A DNA stretch of 64,000 bases, taken from IMG/VR virus record IMGVR_UViG_2716884766_000001, positions 32,001 to 96,000 of that record. One strand, 5' to 3'. The notes beneath the pieces were generated by a model that saw nothing but the letters and a program-made list of their open reading frames with translations, was not told the origin of the DNA and searched no databases. Within the stretch, counting starts at the first letter, position 1; every line of letters starts with the position of its first letter. The stretch comes from a virus. A program made the translations under genes and the position numbers. Below are positions 46,969 through 56,750 of the stretch, piece after piece.

Positions 46969-47528
46969 CGGAACTTTAAATTAAATCCTATGCTGATACG
47001 ATCTTCGTTAGTATTATTCTTCTCCACTTTGTGTCTAAGATGAGCAGGGAAGATTAAGCATCGACCTGGTGTAGGATGAAACCATACTGAATCATGGATC
47101 GTTAGATCCTCTTTGATCTCATCATCTATCTTCCAGTTATATCTGAATCTTGCGTTCTCATCTTCAAATACTATATCACCACAATTCATAGGTGCTTGTA
47201 AATACAAGACACCAGAAAAATCCACACCCGCATGAATGTGGGAATAATTATAGTCGCCAGGTCTATTGACACTTGCCCACATTGATTGAACAGTAAATGG
47301 GGCTTCACTTATCTCTCGTAACGAGTGAGCAATATGTGCGTATATTAATAGAAAATGCTCTAAGAATGATTGATCTTCGTGTAGTGTATATTTCGAGTGC
47401 CACCCACATGATGAGGAGTTAGCGTCATGCTCTCCTGTCCTATAATATTCTTTGACCCAATTTAATAGTTTGGGTTTAACATCAAACTCACTGTGTAATA
47501 GTGGTGTCGGAAATAACGAAACGATCAT
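46965..47528 (-). CDS. 2OG-Fe(II) oxygenase-like protein (TIGR02466-type)
   Basis: WASVN.PGDYN.SHIH, SGVLYL, IFPAHLRH.V and RISIGFN. Confidence 0.85.
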   Translation of the reverse strand: MIVSLFPTPLLHSEFDVKPKLLNWVKEYYRTGEHDANSSSCGWHSKYTLHEDQSFLEHFLLIYAHIAHSLREISEAPFTVQSMWASVNRPGDYNYSHIHAGVDFSGVLYLQAPMNCGDIVFEDENARFRYNWKIDDEIKEDLTIHDSVWFHPTPGRCLIFPAHLRHKVEKNNTNEDRISIGFNLKFR

Positions 47529-47653
47529 TCTTTAGTCTTCTTCAATCTCTTACGAATCATTTTAGCATAGAGTCTCTCAGCGAGAGACCAGTGCTCTTTG
47601 TCTTTAATAATTTTCTTGGCGGTTTTTCGGATGTCTTTCTCCGAGTCTAGCAT
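47525..47653 (-). CDS. Small basic protein (42 aa)
   Basis: Not in track; reads MLDSEKDIRKTAKKIIKDKEHWSLAERLYAKMIRKRLKKTKE; coupled on both sides. Confidence 0.55.
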   Translation of the reverse strand: MLDSEKDIRKTAKKIIKDKEHWSLAERLYAKMIRKRLKKTKE

Positions 47654-47955
47654 TAGTATCGTTTTGGTATTTTGTGATATGGTGAATCATCTTCATTGTC
47701 ATCATATAAGTCGTCGTTGATATCCTCTAGGAGAATATCCAACTCAAATCCCTCTTCTAAAAGGTATGAACTACCTCTATATAGGTCTTCATTTGTGAAA
47801 TGAGGTTTCTCTTCAGCAGTAACAACACTCTTTATATTGTCAGGAGTGTCATCTTCATCGAATGAGAATGGGATGCCATTTATAAAGTATACCTTACAAA
47901 CCCCCACTCCGTCAATGGTACGGAACTCTTTGTATAGTTGGGTTATCTCTTCCAT
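47653..47955 (-). CDS. Hypothetical acidic protein
   Basis: YFINGIPFSFDE...LYRGSSYLLEEG. Confidence 0.6.
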   Translation of the reverse strand: MEEITQLYKEFRTIDGVGVCKVYFINGIPFSFDEDDTPDNIKSVVTAEEKPHFTNEDLYRGSSYLLEEGFELDILLEDINDDLYDDNEDDSPYHKIPKRY

Positions 47956-48680
47956 AAAAAATCAAAAGGGCATTTGTTTTCTTCTTCCTCTTCTTTCCTC
48001 AATCTTTCTTTGATGAGGTTCCACGAGTAGTTTTTGTGCCAGTCTTTGAGCCACAAGCTTTGTAGTTGTCGCTTAAGCACTTTTTTAGGGATGGATCGCT
48101 TTTCAAGTGTGAATTTGACATCTCTTGTTCTTTGGCTAGAGAATCTAACATAGCAAAGCGGGGATCCTTTTTCGAGCCAGATGTTTGAGTCATAGTTCTT
48201 GATTGTAAATCCTAAATTAATAGGTCTTGTCCAAACTGATAGTGGGAAAGTGCCAGACACTACGTCTAGTCCTCTCCTTGTCATGTCGGGATGTTGGAAC
48301 TGTTCAATCCATACGTCACTGTCCTCTGTCCAAAAACAATAACCTTGTTTGAATTGTATCTCTGGGTGTTCTCCCTCTGTCCAACCATCACCAAGCATGA
48401 CATACTCATCGAACACATCTTGTCCAAGATTAGTCTCTAAGTATTGTTCGGCAGATTTATATAGGAGACCAAGTGGGAAGCATTGCTTCATCACCCATGT
48501 GTTCCTGTAATATTCTTTAAAGGCAGGGCACTTAGAATGTCTATACTCTGGGTATCCTTTGAGGGCAGGAGTTGGTGCCTCAAAGTAATCATCAGCGAAG
48601 AAATCGAGTTCCCCTTCATCAAGGAAACTCTCTTCACTTCCACCCATTACATAGTTGTAAAATATTTTTTTAGTCTTCAT
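47943..48680 (-). CDS. Hypothetical protein with two KCP motifs (possible dUTPase-like beta fold)
   Basis: SKCPAF near the N-terminus, [18 protein letters not shown] and a C-terminal KCPF. Confidence 0.5.
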   Translation of the reverse strand: MKTKKIFYNYVMGGSEESFLDEGELDFFADDYFEAPTPALKGYPEYRHSKCPAFKEYYRNTWVMKQCFPLGLLYKSAEQYLETNLGQDVFDEYVMLGDGWTEGEHPEIQFKQGYCFWTEDSDVWIEQFQHPDMTRRGLDVVSGTFPLSVWTRPINLGFTIKNYDSNIWLEKGSPLCYVRFSSQRTRDVKFTLEKRSIPKKVLKRQLQSLWLKDWHKNYSWNLIKERLRKEEEEENKCPFDFLWKR

Positions 48681-49095
48681 CTAACGCTTTGTCGATGTCA
48701 GCATCGAGTTGTGCTTGTTTCTCTGCCCTCGCTGTTGTTTGTTCAGCGAATGACTTACTGACCTTTCTCTTGTTAACCTTACGTGGTTTTCCTGCTTTGT
48801 TCTCTTTGATGATCGTGATAGCATCACCTACGGTGACTATCTCTCCTGCCTGTTCATCTCGTATTTCTACGCTGAAGCATTCCTCAAGGAACATCACCAA
48901 CTCAACTGTATCCAGTGAGTCTAGTCCAAGGTCATCATTTATTTTGCTGTCCCAGTTAATAGGTTCAACATTTCTTTCACCAAGAGTCTCAGCAATAGCG
49001 AGTGATGCTACTTCTAATAGCACCTCGTCTGTTACTGGTTTAGGGGCATTACGTAAGATGTCTTTGATCTTTAGGTACGTAACTGAATGTGACAT
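48670..49095 (-). CDS. Acyl carrier protein with N- and C-terminal extensions
   Basis: [40 protein letters not shown], with an intact phosphopantetheine Ser. Confidence 0.85.
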   Translation of the reverse strand: MSHSVTYLKIKDILRNAPKPVTDEVLLEVASLAIAETLGERNVEPINWDSKINDDLGLDSLDTVELVMFLEECFSVEIRDEQAGEIVTVGDAITIIKENKAGKPRKVNKRKVSKSFAEQTTARAEKQAQLDADIDKALDED

Positions 49096-49097
49096 AA

Positions 49098-49271
49098 TTA
49101 ATACTTGTACGATACTTCATTTACTTCGCACGTTGCTCTGACAAATTCTAGTACCCTCATGAATTGATCAGAATCATCACATACCAGTTTCTCAACTTGT
49201 GATTGGTCACTGATAATAGTAAATGTACGTGCAGGGATATCCACCTCACACTGTTTTAAGAAGTCTTCCAT
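49098..49271 (-). CDS. Small hypothetical protein (57 aa)
   Basis: Not in track; reads [22 protein letters not shown]...[15 protein letters not shown]. Confidence 0.6.
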   Translation of the reverse strand: MEDFLKQCEVDIPARTFTIISDQSQVEKLVCDDSDQFMRVLEFVRATCEVNEVSYKY

Positions 49272-49540
49272 GGGTCTCCAAAATCACTATCCTTATGATA
49301 AGGCAGTGGGTAAGCATTTGGGGTTGACATTGTGCCACTATGACATCTGGCATACTTGATGATGTCATCAGCATAGTGTTTGATGTCCTCCAGATCAGCA
49401 TGAATCTCTTTATAGATCTTCATAGCATTCTTCTGGTTGGGTATCCCCTTAACTTTCTCCTCTATGTAGTTTGCTTTCTCTGCGTTAATAAAGTCAACGA
49501 GAGTTTTAGCCTGACTAGAAGAAATTGTCATACCAAACAT
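49256..49540 (-). CDS. Hypothetical protein
   Basis: 94-aa ORF, first after a sigma70 promoter. Confidence 0.6.
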   Translation of the reverse strand: MFGMTISSSQAKTLVDFINAEKANYIEEKVKGIPNQKNAMKIYKEIHADLEDIKHYADDIIKYARCHSGTMSTPNAYPLPYHKDSDFGDPWKTS

Positions 49541-49554
49541 GTGTTTGTTCCTTT

Positions 49555-49583
49555 ACTATAGTACATTCAAGTCAGAATGTCAA
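49555..49583 (-). promoter_or_regulatory. Host sigma70-type promoter
   Basis: TTGACA-N17-TATAGT on the minus strand. Confidence 0.75.
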
Positions 49584-50500
49584 TTAAGGTATATTCCGTT
49601 ATTACAGGTAATTCTAAATTCAGAACCAGATGCACTCATCTGCACAGTCCCCTGTGCTTGTAATCTAAAATCGGTTGTGTTTATTTTTGCGTCTGATCCC
49701 TTTGTATCGAGTTCCCACCCTGTACCGTAACTCTTGTTTACGTCCATTCCAGAGGGTGCTCCACCCTCGATACATTCAATACCTTCGCCATGAGTAGTAG
49801 TTTTCATACTACCTTGGACTTCTGTAAAACTGTTTCTGCCAACTTTGTTATAGTGGCACCCATCGACATTGAAACGAAGATCACCCGCTGATTCTATAGC
49901 GAACGTTCCTCCTTCTTTATTCATTCTGATCACACGGTTACCATTGATAATCTCTGTCAACTGACCGCCATCCTCCATGTTTAATTTCTTGAAGGTGCAT
50001 TTCTCGTTGATAGAGTTAGCTATCATTCTGAGTTCATTAGCAACATTGATACCAAGATTAGATGAGGAATCTATCATCATAGTTCCACCAACCTTTAATT
50101 GGTACTCACCATTTACTCTGTCATATCTGTTTCCCTCTACCTCTGTGTGTAAGTCTCCTTCCACATTAAGGTGAGCGTCACCGATAACCTGAATAATAAG
50201 TTTGTCCTGTTTTTTATCTTTACCGACCTTCAGGGTGGTCGTTGCTTCACTATTTAGGTTTAAATCTCTTGAACTGATGACATATGTGTCTTTTTCTTCG
50301 TCCATTTCGATCAAAGAACCAGTCTTACCATTGATTAATCTGATTCTTTCACCGTCTTCTGTATTGTCAAACTCCAGTACATGACCAGCTGAGGTCACTG
50401 TTATCCAGTTCTTTGGATAGTTGGTGATATGTTGAGGATTTTCATTCTCCTGCTGATCACCTTGAAATAGATTTACGTTGCTTGTATCTTGTCTAGCCAT
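49580..50500 (-). CDS. gp5 C-terminal-like beta-helix spike protein
   Basis: YPKN.....SAGHVLEFDNTEDGERIRL...TGS.IE followed by V.G repeats. Confidence 0.75.
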   Translation of the reverse strand: MARQDTSNVNLFQGDQQENENPQHITNYPKNWITVTSAGHVLEFDNTEDGERIRLINGKTGSLIEMDEEKDTYVISSRDLNLNSEATTTLKVGKDKKQDKLIIQVIGDAHLNVEGDLHTEVEGNRYDRVNGEYQLKVGGTMMIDSSSNLGINVANELRMIANSINEKCTFKKLNMEDGGQLTEIINGNRVIRMNKEGGTFAIESAGDLRFNVDGCHYNKVGRNSFTEVQGSMKTTTHGEGIECIEGGAPSGMDVNKSYGTGWELDTKGSDAKINTTDFRLQAQGTVQMSASGSEFRITCNNGIYLN

Positions 50501-53021
50501 TTGGATGTCCTACGCAGTCAATATATGATTGAGACTCAAAGATCTCGCTGAACTTACTTGGACCTACGTACTGGTATGTAGGTATGATTCTAGCACCATA
50601 TCCGTTTGGATCTTCAATCACTGGTCTCATGAATCCTATAGTTTTAGTAGTAATAATAGGTGTCAGTAACCTACCCTGTGTGTCAACTGAAACAGTACCG
50701 ATCTCTTCATCACCAACTTTGATCTTAGGATCTTCATATCCTTTACCCACGTTAGTTATGTCAATAGTATCAAGGACTGGTATGATGTCATCGCAATTAG
50801 CATATAACGCTGTTGCGTTCTCAGGTATAGCAAGGTCAAAGAATACTTGATCAGGATTTAATTCAAACATATATGTGCCACCTGATGTCTGTAGTTTTAG
50901 ACCAGATGGAACATATGCGTTCTTGTCTAGTGTAGCAAGAGCAACTTTGTTAGTATTATTATAGTTGAAGTCCATAATCTGTAGAATGCCTTCGTTTGGA
51001 TCACCATCTGCTTCCTGATAGAAAATGATATCACCTGGCTCTGCGTAATCATTTAACTCTACATTGTCTATGAGGAAGAACTTCTGTTCTTTCGGGCAGT
51101 ATGTGTTGTCTGGATCTAATCCATAACCTATACCTGGTTTGTCAACTCTTATCTTCTCAATACTTCCGTTCTTGATGATAGGTGTAAGTTTAGCACCTGT
51201 ACCCTCTGGTTCGTTACAAGTGAACATTGCTCTTACTCTAGCAGTTGTGTTGATGTTGGATCCTTTATTCCTCATCAATACACCAACCATGGAACCTATG
51301 TCATCAATGATAGGTAATGCCTTAATAATACTTGTGGACTGTGCATTGTCAAAAATTAATTCTGGGAAGCAAGGTTTCTTACGTGTGTTTTCTGGTGAGC
51401 AATTAACAGTATCGTAGTTGATAGTACCATCTGAAGCACGTATAGGATATACACTGTCAAATTTCTCTACTAAGCTCTTACCCTTCTCAAATGACCTATC
51501 AGTCACACCTGTGCCAGGTGCTCCAACTTCTGCGAACTCACCACTCCTAGTGTTAAATGCTTTCTTAACAGGTTTGCCATTCTCATACGAAGTGACTGGA
51601 ACCCAACCACGTGAGTTCGGCTTACCTGAGCCAACTACCTGAGTCTTACCACTCTTCAATGCACCCTTTGCTGCATCACTGTACTGACTAATCTGTTTCT
51701 TTTGCTTATCTGCCTCACCTTCCTTACCTCCTGCTCCTGTCTCGAATGTAGATAATCCAAGAGCACAAGATAGGTCACCATCACAAACCATGTCGATTAA
51801 TTCAAGAACTTTGTTAGCGATACCTTGAATTAGATCTGCTGCTCCTTTAATAGCACTTATCGCACCCTTAAGAATACCCAAGGCAGTATCAATACCAGCC
51901 ATGAGTTTTTCCATGAGACCACCAAATAGCTCTTGGAATAGATCTTGAACTAAACATAACGCAGCATCAAGCACTTGACTGAGAAGATCCATCAACAGTC
52001 CACCGATGACATCAAGCATCTCCTCAAATATTTGTTTGAATAGACAGTCAATGAGATCTCCTATATCCTTGAGTTTATCAACAGTAGGATCTAATAAATC
52101 TGGATCAGGATTCTTGATGTCATTAATTTCTTTCTCGATCTCTTTCTGAACCTCCTTCATTATGGTTCCTTTGACGTTACTCAGAACACCACCCATGAAT
52201 CCCTGCATTCTGTTCTGCATCAATTCTATTTCATCAGCTACGTCTGCTATATCACCAGTCTGTTTGTCAATGAACTCACCTATCTCATTCTGTTCTATAC
52301 CTCTAGCAAACTTTAAGAACTCAGCAGTAGCACCCTTCATCTTTACGTCAGCAGGAGTACCACACTTACCATTACCTACATGTACTGTATACTTCTTTCT
52401 CTTGTCTGCTGCTTTCTGGGCATCTGTTTGTTGGGATGCCTTACCACGTTCATTGACAGTAGATACAGTCTTCTTATCATCACTACCTCCCTGTTCTTCT
52501 TCTCCTCCTATGTTTGTATTATTACCGTTCTTGTCTTTCTCTGTTGTATCAGCAGTACCACCAGGTGTACTACCACCATCCCCATGTAGTTTTGGATTGT
52601 AGTCTGGGGCAAATATCTGTTGATAACCTCTATTCTTATCTGTTGGTTCCTTCGAGTATGTTCCTTCTGGGTTCTGGTCACTAATACTACCCATAATAAT
52701 AGGTATCTGTGCCGATGCACCATCCATAAAGAATCCAACTACCCAACTGGTAACCTGTAACTGTTGAACAGAACCCATACCACTTCTTTGAGCATATACT
52801 ACAGGCATCACACAAGATGCCCATGGCAAGTCTGCTGTAGGTAGAATTGTTTTATCTGGGTTATGATACCCAACTATCCTTACCTTAACCTTTCCTGTAT
52901 AATCGTAATCTTTTGCGTTCGCACCAGTATACTCTGGATCAGACCCATCGTTTTCGATTTGTCCGATCCACCAATTCATTCCATCTTTACCGATGGCGTG
53001 TGCAGCACTCTCTATGTTCAT
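50493..53021 (-). CDS. gp5: Baseplate hub gp5 (N-terminal OB-fold part; no evident lysozyme domain)
   Basis: WWIGQIE...KVKVRIVGYH...LPWA...WVVGFFMDG..AQ.PIIMG. Confidence 0.85.
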   Translation of the reverse strand: MNIESAAHAIGKDGMNWWIGQIENDGSDPEYTGANAKDYDYTGKVKVRIVGYHNPDKTILPTADLPWASCVMPVVYAQRSGMGSVQQLQVTSWVVGFFMDGASAQIPIIMGSISDQNPEGTYSKEPTDKNRGYQQIFAPDYNPKLHGDGGSTPGGTADTTEKDKNGNNTNIGGEEEQGGSDDKKTVSTVNERGKASQQTDAQKAADKRKKYTVHVGNGKCGTPADVKMKGATAEFLKFARGIEQNEIGEFIDKQTGDIADVADEIELMQNRMQGFMGGVLSNVKGTIMKEVQKEIEKEINDIKNPDPDLLDPTVDKLKDIGDLIDCLFKQIFEEMLDVIGGLLMDLLSQVLDAALCLVQDLFQELFGGLMEKLMAGIDTALGILKGAISAIKGAADLIQGIANKVLELIDMVCDGDLSCALGLSTFETGAGGKEGEADKQKKQISQYSDAAKGALKSGKTQVVGSGKPNSRGWVPVTSYENGKPVKKAFNTRSGEFAEVGAPGTGVTDRSFEKGKSLVEKFDSVYPIRASDGTINYDTVNCSPENTRKKPCFPELIFDNAQSTSIIKALPIIDDIGSMVGVLMRNKGSNINTTARVRAMFTCNEPEGTGAKLTPIIKNGSIEKIRVDKPGIGYGLDPDNTYCPKEQKFFLIDNVELNDYAEPGDIIFYQEADGDPNEGILQIMDFNYNNTNKVALATLDKNAYVPSGLKLQTSGGTYMFELNPDQVFFDLAIPENATALYANCDDIIPVLDTIDITNVGKGYEDPKIKVGDEEIGTVSVDTQGRLLTPIITTKTIGFMRPVIEDPNGYGARIIPTYQYVGPSKFSEIFESQSYIDCVGHPNG

Positions 53022-54301
53022 CCTAAGTTATCCCTGTACAGAGTTACTCTAGTAGACATCATGTCTCTCTCAGATAAGAATTGTCTGTATATCTTGCCTA
53101 CTATGTATTTACCACTAATGACAGGTTCCTTTTTACCAGTTCTTGCATTGTACTTATTGACTTGAACAACCTGTCCGATCTTTAGATCTTGCATGCCCTC
53201 ATATTCAAAGGTAGCAGACTGATTAAAAAATAGTTGATTCCTTATCATAGACTGTGAAAGTTGTTTTGTCAAGTCTTGTGTGTATGTACCCTCTGTGTAC
53301 ATAGCAGTATCTAAAACCTTAGACATAATTCTAGTAGGTCTACCACCAGTCTCCTCACTACCAAATCTTTCGTAGAAGCTTGGCAATTCTCTTGGGTTTA
53401 ACTTCTTCATTGTTGGATAGAAGTCCTTGATAAAGAAGGGTATCTCTTCATACTTAAAGTCCTTCATGTTTAAAGTAAAGGTTGTACTAGCATAACTACC
53501 TAGATTGATACCACGAAACAAATCACTGGTCTCACTGACACTAAATCCAAAGATGTGTATATCCTTCATCTCTTCATCATCCCCATCCTCATTATCTGGA
53601 GCATAGTTGACATTTATATCTCTTGATGGTGCTTGCTGAGTTAAAGCATCCATAGATCTGAAGAAATAACCGTCAACATTTTCATAGAACAGATATCCCG
53701 CACTCTTTTTACCACTACCACCTTCCTCTATTGATCTCCAAGCTAACCAACTAATAATTGTATAAGGATCCCAGTATGGACTCACGAATGACAATTTAGT
53801 TGTGGATTTATCCACTACAAGTGGTCTGCTAGATGCTAGATCTTTCTTTAACAGTTCATCTACCATCTCATTTGTAAACTGTCCTCCACCTTTACCAAAT
53901 CTCCTTGATATCTTTGTAGCACTATTTCTTACCGCATCTATACTGATACAGTATAAGGTTGCTTGTGACTGTTTACCATCTTTTATCATACGATCTTTAA
54001 TATCATATACAACTAATGATTGTTTTATCACATTACCTTCCATACCCTCACTAAGAGAGTCATCTGTCCATATCAGTTCGACTGGATCCATACCTACCAG
54101 AGAATCCAACACTCCACTTCCACTATCATTAATCTTTAACATGATAAGGAGGTTTGACTTGGTGATGTCCTCAATATAATGTAACTCTATCAAGTGATTA
54201 GATGATAGAGAAACAACAAGGAATCCCTGATCACCAGACTCCTCACTCTTGGTAGAGATACCTATATCAAGTTGAATTAATCGGAAATTAGTTTGCTTCA
54301 T
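53018..54301 (-). CDS. Putative baseplate hub protein (gp27-like)
   Basis: YIEDI, P..IISWL, YLFYEN..GYFFRS and SGKYIV; immediately upstream of gp5. Confidence 0.55.
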   Translation of the reverse strand: MKQTNFRLIQLDIGISTKSEESGDQGFLVVSLSSNHLIELHYIEDITKSNLLIMLKINDSGSGVLDSLVGMDPVELIWTDDSLSEGMEGNVIKQSLVVYDIKDRMIKDGKQSQATLYCISIDAVRNSATKISRRFGKGGGQFTNEMVDELLKKDLASSRPLVVDKSTTKLSFVSPYWDPYTIISWLAWRSIEEGGSGKKSAGYLFYENVDGYFFRSMDALTQQAPSRDINVNYAPDNEDGDDEEMKDIHIFGFSVSETSDLFRGINLGSYASTTFTLNMKDFKYEEIPFFIKDFYPTMKKLNPRELPSFYERFGSEETGGRPTRIMSKVLDTAMYTEGTYTQDLTKQLSQSMIRNQLFFNQSATFEYEGMQDLKIGQVVQVNKYNARTGKKEPVISGKYIVGKIYRQFLSERDMMSTRVTLYRDNLG

Positions 54302-55842
54302 ACTACATCATGTGGGGTTTGACCACCGTCTACTGCTGTTATGTTGGCAAGAAGATACTTACTGACTTCTAGTTCAGTGGGTGCGACTGCTGCCTTCATG
54401 TCCATAGTTATACCATTACCCATAGCCATTTTTGATGTCAGTGCCTTTACCTTAGATGTAAACTCATCTTCTTGGTTCTGATCCATAGTATCAGGGACTA
54501 CGAGAGTATTCAGCTCTGCCATTGATACTTCATTTAACTCAATAACTTGATTGGTCAAACTGTTGATGTCTTGATCATTTGTCTGAGCACCAATATCAGC
54601 CTTAAATACTCCACCTAAAATCTGGTTTAGTATACTAGCACCCTTATTGATTATTTTACCAGCTGTTGTACTCTTGAATATGCTCTTAGCAGACTCAGCT
54701 ATATTTGTGATAGCAGTTTTAGTCTGATCATAATGAGTATTTGCTGAAGCATATATCTTATCTGGAGGTGAACCATCTAGAGAAGGTCCTCCAGTTCCAT
54801 TTAACATCTCAATCAATCTATCATTCTGCATTCTACGGTTTTGTATTCCCGTAACAGCAGCACCCATAGGAGTGTCTCCAGATACTTTATGATCCTTGTC
54901 CTTAGCAAGTCCCATTAAGTTTGTGATAGTAGAGAAGAATCCACCACCAGCTATGAGTTGTTCTTTCTTACTCTCAACGTTCTTGGTAGACTCACTTGAC
55001 TCACTACCCATGTCAGGTTTCGGTAAGTCGAATGCGTCAGTAATATTGCTTATCTGTGACTTTGCTGCCATAAACTCTGGTGAGTCAGGCATATTCAAAG
55101 CACTTAATAATCCACCTAGACCAGCTGCCACTGCTTTCAATGGTAATCCCATAGCAGCTGCTAGAGCAGTCTTATACTTATCAAGTCCAAGATCTCCCGC
55201 AAATTCAGAAGCGACGTTAGAATCACCATCAAGTCCTAAATCCTCAAGTGGCGTGATACCACCTGATTTTTTCTGCTTTTGAGGTTGCAGAGAATTGAAC
55301 ATAGGACTAGCAGTAGCACCTGGAACATATCCACCTTTTGCTAGTTTAGTATCAGGTGTCTGACTAGGAGTGGTAGTTAGATCCTTACCAGTATTGCTAG
55401 GAGGTTGTATTTTAGTTTCACCATCCTTACCTGGCGGACCAGGTTGACCATCGACTCCATCTGTACCATCTTCTCCATCTCTACCCTCTACAATTTCTTC
55501 TTCATCCTCTTCATCCATGCCATCATCAAGATCAATCGGTGCATCGAGATCCATTATTGGCAATGATGCAGGATTGATGAAGTTAGCAAACTTCCTCATC
55601 GTGGTCTGAGCTTTGAGTATCTCATAACCATTAGCTAAATCTTGTTTTATTCCACCTTTTCTAGAATCATCTCTATTATCTGCCTCTATCATTGACTGAA
55701 TATTTTCTGCCAATAGGAAGTCCTTATACTTGTCCTCCTTCATCATAGTGTGAAGCATCGCATTGCGATCTTCAAAGAGATTGGTCAGATCACTCAGTAT
55801 TACATGTACATCTTCTAAAGTGGGAAACTCTTTACTATCCAT
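54298..55842 (-). CDS. Tape-measure-like / virion protein with a short collagen-like repeat
   Basis: Helical composition, GRDGEDGTDGVDGQPGPPGKDG and LAKGG motifs; lies downstream of gp51. Confidence 0.5.
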   Translation of the reverse strand: MDSKEFPTLEDVHVILSDLTNLFEDRNAMLHTMMKEDKYKDFLLAENIQSMIEADNRDDSRKGGIKQDLANGYEILKAQTTMRKFANFINPASLPIMDLDAPIDLDDGMDEEDEEEIVEGRDGEDGTDGVDGQPGPPGKDGETKIQPPSNTGKDLTTTPSQTPDTKLAKGGYVPGATASPMFNSLQPQKQKKSGGITPLEDLGLDGDSNVASEFAGDLGLDKYKTALAAAMGLPLKAVAAGLGGLLSALNMPDSPEFMAAKSQISNITDAFDLPKPDMGSESSESTKNVESKKEQLIAGGGFFSTITNLMGLAKDKDHKVSGDTPMGAAVTGIQNRRMQNDRLIEMLNGTGGPSLDGSPPDKIYASANTHYDQTKTAITNIAESAKSIFKSTTAGKIINKGASILNQILGGVFKADIGAQTNDQDINSLTNQVIELNEVSMAELNTLVVPDTMDQNQEDEFTSKVKALTSKMAMGNGITMDMKAAVAPTELEVSKYLLANITAVDGGQTPHDVV

Positions 55843-56750
55843 TATAACGCACCATATTTACCTGAGAATGGACTAACACCCAATACCACCTTTCTCTCTA
55901 CCTTCTTCTCTATGACTCTATTAACAGGGAAGGGGACGGGATTATAATATGGGAGTGGAACGAACATTAATTGTGGTTTTGTGACAGCAACAGTTGAGTT
56001 TTCATTAGGTATCAGTCCTGATGCCTTAGCAGGAGAGAAAGAAGCACCTCCCATTGCTCCGTTACTACTTGGCCACTTAACTGTATTAGTTAATGGATAA
56101 CCGTAACTGGGACCTCCTGTACCCTCCTCTGATGGAGGTTCAAAGTTACCTAACTTTATTAGAGGTGCGAATGGAAGTGGATCTCCTGCTCCACCATATC
56201 TAGTTGAGTCTTTCTTATCATCGTATTCAAAGTGCAAATGAGGACCTGTAGAATTACCTGCACCAGGATCTCCCTTAGCACCACCAGTCTTTGCGAGAAC
56301 CTCTCCCGCTAAAAATTCCCCAGATTTTTTTACGAAGGAACTTAAATGAGCAATACGCATTTGTATTCCAGTATTAGGTAGCCATACGTCCATCATGTTA
56401 CCATAACCACCATATCTTCCTGCTGCCAATATCTCACCACCTTCAGAAAAACCTACGGGTGTACCTGTGGGAGTAGCAACGTCCACACCACCATGAGGTC
56501 TTGTTCTATTCTCTGTTGAACCATAGTAATCAGTGATGTTAAAATTAGATACCATTGTTTTATCACCCTGTATGGTTGTGGTAGCAGTATCAGCAGTGTT
56601 AACAGCAGAGCTAGCAATTTGTGTAACCATGTCTGGTTGAGCCATCACTGGTCTCTTCAATATATTCATAATCAATCCAGCTATAGGATTAGCAGCTGTA
56701 AATGCTCTCCTTGCTGTGCCAATCAGTTTATTTGTAATCTTTTTTACCAT
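55842..56750 (-). CDS. M23 family peptidase (virion-associated peptidoglycan hydrolase)
   Basis: HGGVD, GYGN, AHL and STGPHLHFE. Confidence 0.85.
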   Translation of the reverse strand: MVKKITNKLIGTARRAFTAANPIAGLIMNILKRPVMAQPDMVTQIASSAVNTADTATTTIQGDKTMVSNFNITDYYGSTENRTRPHGGVDVATPTGTPVGFSEGGEILAAGRYGGYGNMMDVWLPNTGIQMRIAHLSSFVKKSGEFLAGEVLAKTGGAKGDPGAGNSTGPHLHFEYDDKKDSTRYGGAGDPLPFAPLIKLGNFEPPSEEGTGGPSYGYPLTNTVKWPSSNGAMGGASFSPAKASGLIPNENSTVAVTKPQLMFVPLPYYNPVPFPVNRVIEKKVERKVVLGVSPFSGKYGAL

